This document shows positions 51,227-62,718 of a stretch of DNA of 64,000 nt, piece by piece. Under the pieces are notes generated by a model. The model saw nothing but the letters and a program-made list of their open reading frames with translations, had not been told where the DNA came from and did no database searches. Location of the stretch: positions 20,866-84,865 of the forward strand of contig CAWAFP010000009.1 of assembly GCA_963781355.1 (NCBI GenBank), read 5' to 3'. Numbering within the stretch: the first letter of the stretch is position 1; every line of letters starts with the position of its first letter. Source of the DNA: an uncultured Alphaproteobacteria bacterium. Lineage in GTDB: Bacteria; Pseudomonadota; Alphaproteobacteria; Sphingomonadales; Sphingomonadaceae. A program made the translations under genes and the position numbers.

Positions 51227-52887
51227 CCCTGCCCGCTAACCCGGCGAGACAGGCATAGGGGCCGACCACCAGCCCGGTGAACAACCCGGCATGGACCGAA
51301 GCGAGCGGCTCGACATTGATCGGCCCGCCGATGGCACTGCCATGCGTTGGCGCCCGCCATACGCCAGAACACCTGCGCGCTACCGCCATCGAGCGCGAGC
51401 TTGAGTTCAATCGGCGCGTCGGTGGTGAGCGGTTGTTCGGCGACGATCACCCCGCTGCTGCCCTGCTCGGCCGCGGTGCGCAGCCGCACCACCAATCGCC
51501 CGCGCTCCTTGCCCGCGCTAAGGAAATGGGTCTCGTCCATAAAGGCCAGCAAGCCGGCAAAATCGCCGCTGCGTTCCGGCGTAAAGGCCAGCTGGGTGGT
51601 GAATTCGGCCTGATGATGCCGCAGGCGTCGACCGATGAAGGCCGGCTTGCCGAGGCTGCCCGCCGCCGCTGGCCCGGCGATCATCCGCAACGCCCCCGCC
51701 TCGATCGCGAATTGCGGCATCTGGCCCGGTGTGCGCAGGCCAATCCATTCATCGGACAGAGCGACGTCGAATTCATCGCGCCAGCTTGTCCATGCGGATG
51801 CTGGCGATGCGGGCAGGTTCGGCTTGGCCAGCACCATCGGCACCGCCTCCTGACGGTCAAGGAAGCGTGGCCAGCCGTCCTCCCACCTGAGCGGCAACAG
51901 GAACGTCTCGCGCCCCATCAGCGTGGATTGCCCGGCGAAGGGACGGGTGGCGAGGAACACCCCCCACCACGATCCGTCATCCAATTGCACAATGTCAGCA
52001 TGGCCGGTGGCCTCGACCCGGTCGGGACGGTCAGCGGGGAGATCGCGCTGGGTCAGGATCGGGTTGAACGGTCCGGGGGTATAGGGCCCCGTCACCTTGG
52101 ACGCGCGGTAGATCGTCTGCGAATGCTGGTCCGCCGTGCCGCCCTCGGCCGTCAGCAGATAGTACCAGGCGCCAATCTTGTAGATGTGCGGCCCCTCCGC
52201 CCAGATCGGCTTGGTGCTGGGATCAACCCCGCCATCCACCAGCAAAGTGCGCCCCGGCAGCACTGTCATCGCGTTCGGATCGAACTGTTGCAGCCACAAT
52301 GCGCGGTGGCCCTCGTATTGCGGCTCGCCCGGAGGCGCGTCGTTATAGACAATCCACGCCTTGCCATCCGCGTCGAAGAACAGCGATGGGTCGATCCCGC
52401 CGAAATCGAGCCACGCCGGATCGCTCCACGGCCCAGCCGGATCGGTCGCGGTGATGACGAAATTGCCGCCGCATTCGATGCAGGTGTTGACGATCCAGAA
52501 GCGCCCATCGTGATGCGTGATCGCCGGCGCAAACAGCCCGCGATTGGTGCCGAGCCCGCTGAAATCGAGCTGCGTCGGGCGGTCGATGGCATTGCCGATC
52601 AGCCGCCAATTGACCAGATCCGTACTGTGCAGGATCGGCAGGCCGGGAAACCAGCTGAAGGTCGAAGTGACGGCATAGAAATCGTCGCCAACCCGCACGA
52701 TCGACGGATCGGGGTGGAAGCCGGGCAGCACCGGATTGCGATACGCGCCTGCGGGAACAGGCGTTTCGGCCTCGGTCGATTCGTAAGCGAGATAATCAAA
52801 CGCGGCGATCACATCACGCGCCGTAGCGACCTCAGCCGTCACCATCAGGGCGAGCGCGCTCACCAGTCCGGTCATCTTGCGTGTCAT
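51213..52887 (-). CDS. Secreted GH43 beta-xylosidase/arabinofuranosidase with C-terminal beta-sandwich, one +1 frameshift ~51338
   Basis: GFHPDPSI, GIDPSLF, WAEGPHIYK, TGHAD, GRETFL. Confidence 0.93.
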
Positions 52888-52946
52888 CCCATTCCCTCCC
52901 GATTATCGCTTGCTTTGGGGGCTTGTCGGCCCGTGATTGCGGTTCT

Positions 52947-52962
52947 ATGGTAGCGCTATCAC
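52947..52962. promoter_or_regulatory. LacI-family operator in the GH43/xylX divergent region
   Basis: ATGGTAGCGCTATCAC. Confidence 0.75.
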
Positions 52963-52983
52963 TGCGGAGGGCAAGAGCCAGCA

Positions 52984-54108
52984 ATGGCCGAAAGGATACT
53001 GGAAAGTCTGCCGGCGGATTACCGTCAGGGCCATTTCATCGGCCGGGCGCAATCGCCCGACGGGCCGTGTGTCATCGCTATCGAAGGCGGCATGATCCAT
53101 GATCTGACCGGCATCGCCAGCACCGTCTCCGGTGCCATCGCGCGGCGCAGCTTCAGCGGCGGCACGGCGATCGGCCCGGTCGAGGACGGTTTGCCCGAAG
53201 GCTGGCGCCTGCTCACCCCCATCGATCTGCAATGCATCAAGGCCAGCGGCGTCACCTTCGCGGTTTCGGCCATCGAGCGCGTGATCGAGGAACGCGCCCG
53301 CGGCGATGCCAATGAAGCCGCCGCGATCCGCGCGCAGCTTGAAGACAAGGTCGGCGCCGGGATCCGCGCCGTCGTTCCCGGAAGCGAGGCCGCTGCGCAA
53401 TTGAAGGCAGCGTTGATCGACGAAGGCATGTGGTCGCAATATCTCGAAGTCGCGATCGGCCCGGATGCGGAGATCTTCTCCAAGGCGCCGGTGCTGTCGG
53501 CGGTGGGCACGGGCGCGATGGTCGGGGTGCGATCGGATTCGCACTGGAACAATCCCGAGCCTGAAGTCGTGCTGGTCTGCGATGCACATGGCGCGGTGAT
53601 CGGCGCGACGCTCGGCAATGACGTGAACCTGCGCGATTTCGAAGGCCGCTCCGCGCTGCTGCTGTCCAAGGCAAAGGACAACACCGCGAGCTGCGCGATC
53701 GGCCCCTTCATCCGCCTGTTCGACGACAGCTTCACTATCGATGATGTGCGCAGCGCCGATGTCGAACTCACCATCGAAGGCCCCGAAGGCTACCGCCTCG
53801 AAGGCCGCAACGACATGAGCCAGATCAGCCGCGATCCGCTTGATCTGGTGGCGCAGTGCCTGTCGGAGCATCACTACCCCGATGGCTTCGTCTTGTTCTG
53901 CGGAACGCTGTTTGCGCCGACGCAGGACCGCGATACGCCGGGAACGGGCTTCACGCACAAGGTGGGCGATGTGGTGACAATCCGCTCGCACCGGCTGGGC
54001 ACATTGACCAACACCGTCACAACCTCGCGCGATGCTCCGGCATGGACGATGGGGATCGGCGGTTTCGTAAGCAACCTTGCCGCGCGCGGTCTCATCGACC
54101 GGATCTGA
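52984..54108 (+). CDS. xylX: 2-keto-3-deoxy-D-xylonate dehydratase (FAH family)
   Basis: DLQCIKASGVTFAVS, WSQYLEVAIGPDAEIF, SHWNNPEPE, GNDVNLRDFEGRSALLL; close to Caulobacter XylX as recalled. Confidence 0.9.
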   Translation: MAERILESLPADYRQGHFIGRAQSPDGPCVIAIEGGMIHDLTGIASTVSGAIARRSFSGGTAIGPVEDGLPEGWRLLTPIDLQCIKASGVTFAVSAIERVIEERARGDANEAAAIRAQLEDKVGAGIRAVVPGSEAAAQLKAALIDEGMWSQYLEVAIGPDAEIFSKAPVLSAVGTGAMVGVRSDSHWNNPEPEVVLVCDAHGAVIGATLGNDVNLRDFEGRSALLLSKAKDNTASCAIGPFIRLFDDSFTIDDVRSADVELTIEGPEGYRLEGRNDMSQISRDPLDLVAQCLSEHHYPDGFVLFCGTLFAPTQDRDTPGTGFTHKVGDVVTIRSHRLGTLTNTVTTSRDAPAWTMGIGGFVSNLAARGLIDRI

Positions 54109-54181
54109 CGGCACGACACGATTTGACAAGGCGCGCCGGTTAGGGATCATCCGCCGCGTCACTGAGGGATGGGGACAAGTT

Positions 54182-54967
54182 TTGGACGCGCATTCGAGCA
54201 GCGCTGGCGTGCACAGCGCGATCTACCCGAGCCTTACCGGGCGCAAGGTGATCGTCAGCGGTGGCGGCTCCGGCATTGGTGAGGCGGTGGTGGAAGCCTT
54301 CGCCCGGCAAGGCGCGGCCGTCGCCTTCGTCGACATTCAGGAAAGCCCGAGCGAACAGCTCATCCGGCGGCTGGCGGATGCCGAAATCCCGCCGCACTTC
54401 CTGCGCTGCGACATCACCGATTGCGCCGATTACGGGCTCAAGATCGAACAGCTGATCGCCAAGCTCGGCGGCTGCGACGTGCTGATCAACAACGCGGCGA
54501 GCGATGATCGCCATGCGCTGGACGATGTCACCCCGGCCTATTGGGACGAGCGGATGGCGGTGAACCTCAAGCACCAGTTCTTCGCCGCCAAGGCCGTGGT
54601 GCCCGCGATGCGGGCGGCGGGCGGCGGGTCGATCGTCAACATGGGTTCAATCAGCTGGCATCTGGGGCTGAAGGATCTGGTAATCTACCAGACCGCCAAG
54701 GCCGCGATTGAAGGCCTGACCCGCAGCCTTGCGCGCGAGCTGGGGCGGGACAACATCCGGGTCAACACGATCATCCCCGGCAACGTCCAGACCCCGCGCC
54801 AGATGCAGTGGTATTCGCCCGAGGGTGAAGCGGAAATCGTTGCCGCGCAATGCCTTGATGGCCGCATCCAGCCGGTCGATATTGCCGCGATGGCGATGTT
54901 CCTCGCCTCGGACGATGCGCGCTATTGCACCGCGCACAATTACTGGGTCGATGCCGGATGGAGATGA
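54182..54967 (+). CDS. xylB: D-xylose dehydrogenase (SDR)
   Basis: SAIYPSL, GGGSGIG, Y.TAK, WYSPEGEA.IVAAQCL, NYW.DAGWR; close to Caulobacter XylB as recalled. Confidence 0.9.
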   Translation: MDAHSSSAGVHSAIYPSLTGRKVIVSGGGSGIGEAVVEAFARQGAAVAFVDIQESPSEQLIRRLADAEIPPHFLRCDITDCADYGLKIEQLIAKLGGCDVLINNAASDDRHALDDVTPAYWDERMAVNLKHQFFAAKAVVPAMRAAGGGSIVNMGSISWHLGLKDLVIYQTAKAAIEGLTRSLARELGRDNIRVNTIIPGNVQTPRQMQWYSPEGEAEIVAAQCLDGRIQPVDIAAMAMFLASDDARYCTAHNYWVDAGWR

Positions 54968-55842
54968 GCCTGCCGGTCACCGCCGTACTCGCCGCCGACA
55001 CCTTGCTGGGTGAAGGCGTGCTGTGGGATGCAGAGCGGGCGATCGTGTGGTTCGTCGATATCAAGCGCAAGCGGCTGTGGCACTTTGACCCGGCCACCGG
55101 CAGCAACGGCTTTACCGAAGCGCCCGAACAGATCGGCTGGGCGATCCCCGCTGAGGGGGATGGATTGCTGTGCGGATTGAAGGACGGGCTCTACATTTTC
55201 GCGCCGGAATCTCAAGCTTTCACAAGGCTTTGTACGGTTCCCGGAGAGCCCGTCACCAATCGGCTCAACGATGCTTGCACCGACCCTTGGGGGCGGGTTT
55301 GGTTCGGGTCGATGGATGATGCCGAGGGGGCCAAGTCGGGCCGCTTCTATGTTTTCGACCGCGGCGAGATCCGTCCTGCCGGGCCGAGCGGGATCGCCAT
55401 CACCAATGGCCCGGCCGTCAATGCGCAGGGCGACCGGATCTACTTCACCGATACCATCGCCCAAAAGATCATGGTCGCCGACCTTTCGCCCGCCGGCGTA
55501 GGCGAGGCGCGGCTCTTCGCTGATACCGGCGCGCACTTCCCAACCGCCTACCCCGATGGCCCGGTGGTCGATGCCGAGGATCATGTCTGGACCGGGCTCT
55601 ATCATGGCAGCTGCGTCGCCCGCTTTTCGCCCGATGGCGCGCTGGTCGCGACCATCCCGATGCCCGCACGCGACATCACAAAAATGGCGTTCGGCGGGAC
55701 AGACCTCAAAACGGGTTTCGTCACTTCCGCGACCAAAAATATGTCCCAACAGGACATGGCGGAGAGGCCGCTCGCCGGGAGCCTGTTTGCCTTCGCTGCG
55801 CCCGTCGCCGGGTTTGCGCAGACCCGCGCGAGGCTGAGCTAA
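54964..55842 (+). CDS. xylC: Xylonolactonase (SMP-30/gluconolactonase family)
   Basis: LGEG..W, NRLND, ITNGP, YPDG. Confidence 0.88.
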   Translation: MSLPVTAVLAADTLLGEGVLWDAERAIVWFVDIKRKRLWHFDPATGSNGFTEAPEQIGWAIPAEGDGLLCGLKDGLYIFAPESQAFTRLCTVPGEPVTNRLNDACTDPWGRVWFGSMDDAEGAKSGRFYVFDRGEIRPAGPSGIAITNGPAVNAQGDRIYFTDTIAQKIMVADLSPAGVGEARLFADTGAHFPTAYPDGPVVDAEDHVWTGLYHGSCVARFSPDGALVATIPMPARDITKMAFGGTDLKTGFVTSATKNMSQQDMAERPLAGSLFAFAAPVAGFAQTRARLS

Positions 55843-57756
55843 TGCACAATTTTTTCAAAGCCTTGTCGCTCACTCTTGCGATCACTCTGGCCCGCCGCAG
55901 CACTTTCCAACCCGGTGCTCGACGCCGGATTTGGGGACAACATGGTGCTGCAATCCGGCGCGCCGCTGACGCTCTCAGGACGGGCAAAACCGGCAACAAC
56001 CGTGACACTACAGCTGGATAACCGCGCAACAACCACGGAATCCGACGCCAATGGCGCCTTTTTGGCCACCTTGCCCGCGCAATCCAACTCCGGCGCACCG
56101 CACACCCTCACGATCAGCGATTCCTCAGGCTCAACAACCTATCGCAACATCCTGATCGGTAATGTTTTTCTGTGTGGCGGCCAATCCAACATGGAGCTTT
56201 CCGTCGATCGGGCGCTTGATGTCTACAACCAGCTGCGCCTCGCCGCCGATGATGGCATCCGGCTGCTGATGGTTCCCAAGGCCACCGCGCCGGTGCCGCA
56301 AGCCCAATTCGCCAGCCCGGTCACCTGGACGCCGGCGACCAGCGAAACCGTCGCGCCGTTTTCCGCCGCCTGCTTCTACATGGCCAAGGCGTTGCGGCGG
56401 AAAGACCCGGCCACGCCCATCGGCCTCATCCATTCCAATTGGGGCGGCAGCGCTGCGCGCGCGTGGTATGATCCGCACGGCGCGCGCGAACGCCACGGGC
56501 AGGCCGCGCTCGATCAACTCGCCCTCTACGCCCGCGATCCCTATGCCGCGGCGCAGGCCTTTGTGCCGCAGTGGTTCGACTGGTGGCGGTCACAGGACAA
56601 CGGGCGTGAGCCGTGGAAAAATCCCGCGCTGCTCGACTGGAAGCCGATCCCGCAATTCTCCTTCTGGAACGAATGGAAGGGCACCGGGCTCGACACCAAT
56701 CCGCGCGCCAATGTGTGGCTGCGGCAGACCATCACGCTGACCGCCGCACAGGCCAAGGGTGACGGGCAGCTGGCCATCGGCGCGATTGACGATCTCGACC
56801 TCACCTTCGTCAACGGCCACCCGGTCGGCTACACCTTCGGCTGGGGGACGGAGCGCACCTACCGCGTGCCAGCCAGGCATCTGAAGCCGGGCGCAAACAC
56901 CATCCTGATCGCGGCCAACAATATGTGGGACACCGGCGGCTTCTTCGCCGGGCCGGAGCGGCTGCACTTCACCGCCGCCAATGGTGAGCGCGTGCCGCTG
57001 GGCGCGGATTGGGACTATGCGACCACCACCGTCACCGACGTTCCCCCGCGCGCGCCGTGGGATGCCAATGCGGGGATCGGGGTGATGCACAATGCGATGA
57101 TCGCGCCGCTCGGCCAGATGACGCTCGCAGGCGTGGCCTGGTATCAGGGCGAATCCGACGCAGGCCAGCCTGCCTATGATGCCAAGCTTGCCAGCCTGTT
57201 TGCCGGATGGCGCCGCCAGTTCGGCCCGCAGACCCGGATGCTGGTGGTGCAGCTCGCCGATTGGGGCGAGCGCCGCTCTGCCCCGGCCGAATCCGGCTGG
57301 GGCCAGCTGCGCGACGAACAGCGCCGCGCCGTCGTCGCCGATGCCAATGCCGCACTCGTCACCGCGATCGACATTGGCGAGCCGACCGACATTCACCCCG
57401 CCAACAAGAACGATCTGGGCAAGCGGCTGGCCGAGGCCTTCAATGGCCGCAAGCTGCCGATGCCCGACCGCGCGGTGCGTGAGGGCGCGAGCGTCGCGGT
57501 CAGCTTCACCGGGATCGAAGGCGCGTTGCAGGCGCAGGGCGGGCCCTACCCGCTCGGCGTGGAACTGTGCGAGGCCGCACCCGGCACCTGCCGCTTTGCG
57601 CTCGCCAGCCTTGATGGCAGCCGCATGGTGATCGCCGTGCCGCCGGGCATGACGCCCACCCGCGTGCGCTATGCCTGGGCCGATGCGCCGGTGGTCAATC
57701 TGGTCGATGGCGGCGGGATGCCCGTCCCCGGCTTCGGCCTCGATATCACGCCGTGA
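55842..57756 (+). CDS. Secreted sialate O-acetylesterase-like (SASA/SGNH) carbohydrate esterase, one +1 frameshift ~55890
   Basis: DNMVLQ, CGGQSNM, WYQGESD, DIHP.NK. Confidence 0.9.
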
Positions 57757-59075
57757 GGCTGACGCGCCGTGAGGCCGTCGCCGGAGCGGCGGGAACGCTG
57801 GCGCTCAGCAGCGTCCCGGCGCGGGGCGAGACCATCACCCCCGGCTTCGTCACCCGCGAAGGCACGCGGCTGCTGCGGGCCAAGGCGCCTTACCGGATCA
57901 CCGGCGCGAACCTGTGGTATGCCGCATGGCTGGGCGCGGACGCAGCCTATGGCGACCGCGCGCGGCTCATCCGCGAGCTGGACCGGCTGCAAGCGCTCGG
58001 CATCAACAACCTCAGGATCATGGCGGCGGCCGAGGAAGGCCCGCTGAAGAATGCGATCACGCCCGGCTTCACCCGCCCCGATGGCAGCGCCAATGCGGCG
58101 CTGTTCGCAGGTCTCGACTTCGCGCTGGCACAGATCGCGAAGCGCGGGATGACGGCGGTGCTGGTGCTGTCGAACTTCTGGGAGTGGTCGGGCGGCTTGC
58201 AGACCCTGCTCTACCGCACCACCGGCAGATATATCGACATGGGCGATCCAGCGCATCCGTGGCCCGCCTTCGCCGATGCCACCGCAGCCGTCTATGCCAA
58301 CCGGGACGCCGTAGCGCTGTACCGCAAGCATATCCGCAGCCTGCTTGCCCGCCGCAACACCATCAACGGCATGGCCTATGCGCAAGACCCGGCGATCATG
58401 AGCTGGCAGCTCGCCAATGAACCGCGTCCAGGTGGGAGCAAGGCCGCGATTGCCGCGAACCGCGAGGCCTATCTTGCGTGGATTGCCGAGACCGCCGCGC
58501 TGATCCGCGCGGGCGCGCCCCGGCATCTGGTGAGCCTCGGGCAGGAAGGGACGCAGGCGACCAATGGCGATGCGGGGCTGGTCGCCGATGCGCACGCGCA
58601 GGTCGACTATGTCACCGCCCATATCTGGCCGCTCAACTGGGGCTGGGTGGCGGGGAGCGATCTGGCTGGCACCTGGCCCGAAGGCCGCCGCAAGGTCGAA
58701 GCCTATCTCGCCGCCCATGTCGCGATTGCCGAGAGCCTCGGCAAGCCGCTGGTGATCGAGGAATTCGGCTTCCCGCGCGATGGCGAGGCCTATGCGCCGG
58801 AAGCCGCGACCACCTTCCGCGAGGCCTATTACGGCGTCATTTACGACGCGGTCGAGGCCAGTTGGCGCAGCGGCGGGGTGATCGCGGGGAGCAATTTCTG
58901 GGCGTGGAATGGTGAGGCGCGCGCCGCCCATTCCGATTTCCGCTTTGCCACCGGCGACGCCGCCTATATGGGCGACCCGCCGCACGAGCCGCAGGGCTGG
59001 TACGGCATATTCGACAGCGACGCCGGGATGCAGGATCGGATCCGCGCCCACGCCGCTCGCGCGCTCGCAGACTGA
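57753..59075 (+). CDS. Tat-exported GH5 endo-beta-mannanase-like enzyme
   Basis: TRREAVAG twin-arginine signal, GANLWY, NFWEWSGG, WQLANEPR, HIWPLNW, IEEFG. Confidence 0.88.
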   Translation: MRLTRREAVAGAAGTLALSSVPARGETITPGFVTREGTRLLRAKAPYRITGANLWYAAWLGADAAYGDRARLIRELDRLQALGINNLRIMAAAEEGPLKNAITPGFTRPDGSANAALFAGLDFALAQIAKRGMTAVLVLSNFWEWSGGLQTLLYRTTGRYIDMGDPAHPWPAFADATAAVYANRDAVALYRKHIRSLLARRNTINGMAYAQDPAIMSWQLANEPRPGGSKAAIAANREAYLAWIAETAALIRAGAPRHLVSLGQEGTQATNGDAGLVADAHAQVDYVTAHIWPLNWGWVAGSDLAGTWPEGRRKVEAYLAAHVAIAESLGKPLVIEEFGFPRDGEAYAPEAATTFREAYYGVIYDAVEASWRSGGVIAGSNFWAWNGEARAAHSDFRFATGDAAYMGDPPHEPQGWYGIFDSDAGMQDRIRAHAARALAD

Positions 59076-59096
59076 TCTTACAAGGGTTTCCCGGCG

Positions 59097-59942
59097 ATGG
59101 CCGAGCTTATTCTCCAGAGCGGCGCTTGGCACGCGCGGGTGCTGCCGGATGCGGGCGGGCTGATCGCGGCGCTGGCGTGCGGCGACGTGCCGGTGCTGCG
59201 GGCGATGCCGCCGGGCTCGCGCTCACCGCTCGATGCTGCGTGTTTCCCGCTGGTGCCGTGGTGCAACCGGATTGCCGATGGGCGGTTCGATTGGGAGGGC
59301 GCGGAGGTGGCGCTTTCGCGCAATTTCCTCCCCGAACGTCACGCGATCCACGGTCATGGCTGGCAATCGGCTTGGGCGGTGGAGAGCCACGGCCCCGGTA
59401 ACTGCACGCTGGTGCATCGCCATGATGGCGCAGCGCCGGGCTGGCCGTGGGCCTATCTGGCGCGCCAGCAGATCGTGCTGAGCGATGCGGGCTGCGCAAT
59501 CACACTGTCAGTGACCAATCTGTCAGAGCGGCTGATGCCTGCGGGCCTCGGCCTCCACCCCTATCTGCGCCGCCGTCCGGAAAGCCGGGTGCGGTTTGCG
59601 GCGGCGGGTGTGGTCGCGGTCGGCGCGGACCTGATCCCGACGGGCGAGAGCCTGCCGCCTGCCCATTTCGCTGACTTTGCCGCGGGCGCGGCTCTGCCGG
59701 CGGGGCTGATCGACCATTGCTTCACCGGCTGGGACGGCACGGCGAGCGTCACCGATGATTGCGGCACGATCACGCTGGCGGCGGAGGGCGCGGGGCTGCT
59801 GCATCTCTACGCGCCTGAAGATCCCGCGATCCTCTGTCTCGAACCGGTCAGCCACCTGCCCGATGCCGCCAATGCCGGAGCGATGCCGCTCTGCGCGCCG
59901 GGCGAGACGGTCAGCCTGAGCCTGCGGATCGGCGTCGCTTAA
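59097..59942 (+). CDS. Aldose 1-epimerase family protein
   Basis: FPLVPWCNRI..G, HAIHG.G, GLHPY, CLEPV. Confidence 0.9.
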   Translation: MAELILQSGAWHARVLPDAGGLIAALACGDVPVLRAMPPGSRSPLDAACFPLVPWCNRIADGRFDWEGAEVALSRNFLPERHAIHGHGWQSAWAVESHGPGNCTLVHRHDGAAPGWPWAYLARQQIVLSDAGCAITLSVTNLSERLMPAGLGLHPYLRRRPESRVRFAAAGVVAVGADLIPTGESLPPAHFADFAAGAALPAGLIDHCFTGWDGTASVTDDCGTITLAAEGAGLLHLYAPEDPAILCLEPVSHLPDAANAGAMPLCAPGETVSLSLRIGVA

Positions 59943-60916
59943 GGCGCGGGCGCGGTCACTCCGGCGGCGGTCTGAGTGACGGGACGCATCAGGCCTTCAT
60001 CGTCATAGCTGAGGTGCTCCACCGTCACCGCCCGCCGCCCGAGCGCGCCTTTCCGGTCGCCAATGGTCAGCGCGGCGTTGTGGAGGAAGAGATACCACTG
60101 GCCTTTGAATTCGGCGATGCCGGGGTGGATGGTGAAGCTCCCCTCCCCCGATCCGGTCAACTCGCCGCGGTAGGTCCACGGCCCATCCAGCGAGGTCGCG
60201 GTGGCATAGGATACCCGCTCGTCGGTGTGGGTGGCGCGGTCCAGTGAGGCGTAGGTGAGGTAGTAGAGCCCGCCGCGCTGGTGCAGCCACGGGCCTTCCT
60301 CGAAATGCGGCGGGGTGATTTCGCGGATCGGGCCGTCGATGCTGACCATGTCCGCACCCAGCTTGGCGATGTAGCACTGGCGGTTGCCCCACGCGATCCA
60401 GGTGGTGCCGTCTGCGTCGGTGAAGACGGTGGGGTCGATATCCTCCCAGCTATGCGTGCCCTTGGGGGTCATGTCATTGCTGATGAGCGCTGCGCCCTTG
60501 GCGTCGGTGAAGGGCCCGTCGGGGCGGTCTGCAACTGCCACCGCAATCGCCTTGCCGGGCTTCGTCGCGTCATGCTCGACCGCCGCGTAGAGCCAGTAGC
60601 GCCCGTGTTTCGCGATCACCTGCGCTGCCCATGCGTCCTTCGAGGCCCAGGTGAAGTCCGCCACTTTCATGATCGGGCCGTGATAGGTCCACTGCCGCAT
60701 GTCGGTGGTGGAGTAGGCGAGCCATTCGCGCATGTTGAACATCTCGCCCTCGCCCGCCTCGTCGTGGCCGGTGTAGAGCCAGAGGCGGTCGCCGATCACC
60801 ACCGGCGCGGGGTCGGCGGTGAAGCGGTCGCGGATGATCGGGTTGCTCCCCGGAGCGGGTTCCTCCGCCGCGAGGGGCGTCGCGGCCAGCAGCAGTGTCA
60901 GGGCGAGACGGCGCAT
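59939..60916 (-). CDS. Secreted single-domain GH43 glycosidase
   Basis: ADPAP, IDPTVF, FEEGPW, TIHPGI. Confidence 0.92.
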   Translation of the reverse strand: MRRLALTLLLAATPLAAEEPAPGSNPIIRDRFTADPAPVVIGDRLWLYTGHDEAGEGEMFNMREWLAYSTTDMRQWTYHGPIMKVADFTWASKDAWAAQVIAKHGRYWLYAAVEHDATKPGKAIAVAVADRPDGPFTDAKGAALISNDMTPKGTHSWEDIDPTVFTDADGTTWIAWGNRQCYIAKLGADMVSIDGPIREITPPHFEEGPWLHQRGGLYYLTYASLDRATHTDERVSYATATSLDGPWTYRGELTGSGEGSFTIHPGIAEFKGQWYLFLHNAALTIGDRKGALGRRAVTVEHLSYDDEGLMRPVTQTAAGVTAPAP

Positions 60917-60932
60917 CAGTGCCCCTCCCCCA

Positions 60933-62718
60933 TCAATGGTTGTGCCGCGGCAGCTTCTTTGCCGTGCCGCGATACTTCAGCGCAAACTCCATCACGCCGC
61001 CTTCCGCCAGCTGGCCGGTCTTCTCACGGTAGAGTTCCTCCCACGGGGTCTGGCTTTCGGGCACCGGCGGGCAGGTCTCCTCGGCCAGACGCCGCGCGAT
61101 TTCCGCCTCCTCGACCAGCGCATCGCAGCGCCGCGTGTTGAGATCGACGCGGATCATGTCGCCCGTCCGCAGCCACGCCAGCCCGCCGCCGACCGCGCTT
61201 TCGGGGCTGACGTTGAGGATCGAGGGGCTGTCGCTCGTCCCCGATTGCCGCCCGTCGCCCAGCGTCGGCAGCCATTGCTTGCCCGCGCGGATCATCGCAT
61301 CGGGCGGCTGCATGTTGACCACTTCGGCGCTCCCCGGCCAGCCGACCACGCCCGAGCCGCGGATCACCAGAATGCAGTCCTCGTCGATATTGAGCGCCGG
61401 GTCGTTGATGCGGTGGTGGTAATCATCCGACCCGTCGAACACGATCGCGCGGGCCTCAAACACGCCTTCCCTGCCGGGACGCGAGAGGTAGCGCGTGCGG
61501 AATGCCTCGGAAATCACCGAGGTCTTCATGATCGCGAAATCGAACAGATTGCCCGACAGCACCATGAAGCCCGCCCGGTCGATCAGCGGATCGGCGAAGG
61601 GCCGGATCATCTCGCGATCATGGCTTTCAGCGCCCGCAAGGTTTTCGGCCATGGTCCGGCCGGTGCAGGTGAGGCAGTCGCCATGCAGCTTGCCCGCCTG
61701 CATCAGCTCCCACAAGGCCGCCGGAACCCCGCCCGCGCGGTGGAAGCGCTCCCCCAGATATTGGCCCGCAGGCTGCATGTTCACCAGCAGCGGCAGGTCG
61801 TAGCCGTGCTTCTGCCAGATATCGGTCTCAAGGCTGACGCCCGCGTGCGCCGCCATCGCCATGATATGCGGCTGGGCGTTGGACGATCCGCCGATCACGC
61901 TGACCGCGGCAATCGCGTTTTCGAACGCCTTGCGGGTGAGAATGTCCGAGGGCTTCAGGTCTTCCAGCACCATCTCGACGATCCGCCGTCCGGTGCGATA
62001 GGCCATCTGCCCGCGCTCCCGGTACGGCGCAGGGATCGCCGCGCAGCCGGTGAGCGAGAGTCCGAGCGCTTCGGCCACCGCGTTCATGGTGCTGGCCGTG
62101 CCCATCGAATTGCAGTGCCCGGCGCTCGGCGCGCTGTCGGTCGCGCGGCGCAGGAATTCGTCTTCGTCGATCTCGCCCGCCGCCAGTTTGCGGCGGCTGC
62201 GCCAGATCACCGTGCCACTGCCGACCAGCTCGCCTTCATGCCAGCCATCGAGCATCGGCCCGCCGCTCAGCACGATCGCCGGAATATCGACCGTGCTCGC
62301 CGCCATGATCTGGCTCGGCGTGGTCTTGTCGCAGCCGGTGGTCAGCACCACGCCATCAATCGGATAGCCGTTCAAGCAGCTCGACCAGCCCGAGATAGAG
62401 CAGATTGCGATCCAGCGCGGCGGTCGGCCTGCGGCAATTTTCGAAGATCGGGTGGACGGGAAACTCGATCGGGATGCCGCCTGCATCACGGATGCCATCG
62501 CGGGTGCGCTTGGCCAGATCGATGTGGATGCGGTTGCAGGGGCTCAGGTCACTGCCGGATTGCGCGATGCCGATGATCGGCTTGCCGCTTTGCAATTCCT
62601 CGGGCGTGATCCCGTAATTCATGAATCGCTCGAGGTAGAGCGCCGTCATATCCATACGTTCGCGGTTGTCGAACCAGTCGCGCGAACGCAGACGGCGGGG
62701 TGTGGAGTTATCGGTCAT
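60933..62718 (-). CDS. xylD: D-xylonate dehydratase (IlvD/Edd family), one +1 frameshift ~62372
   Basis: [46 protein letters not shown]; close to Caulobacter XylD as recalled. Confidence 0.9.
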
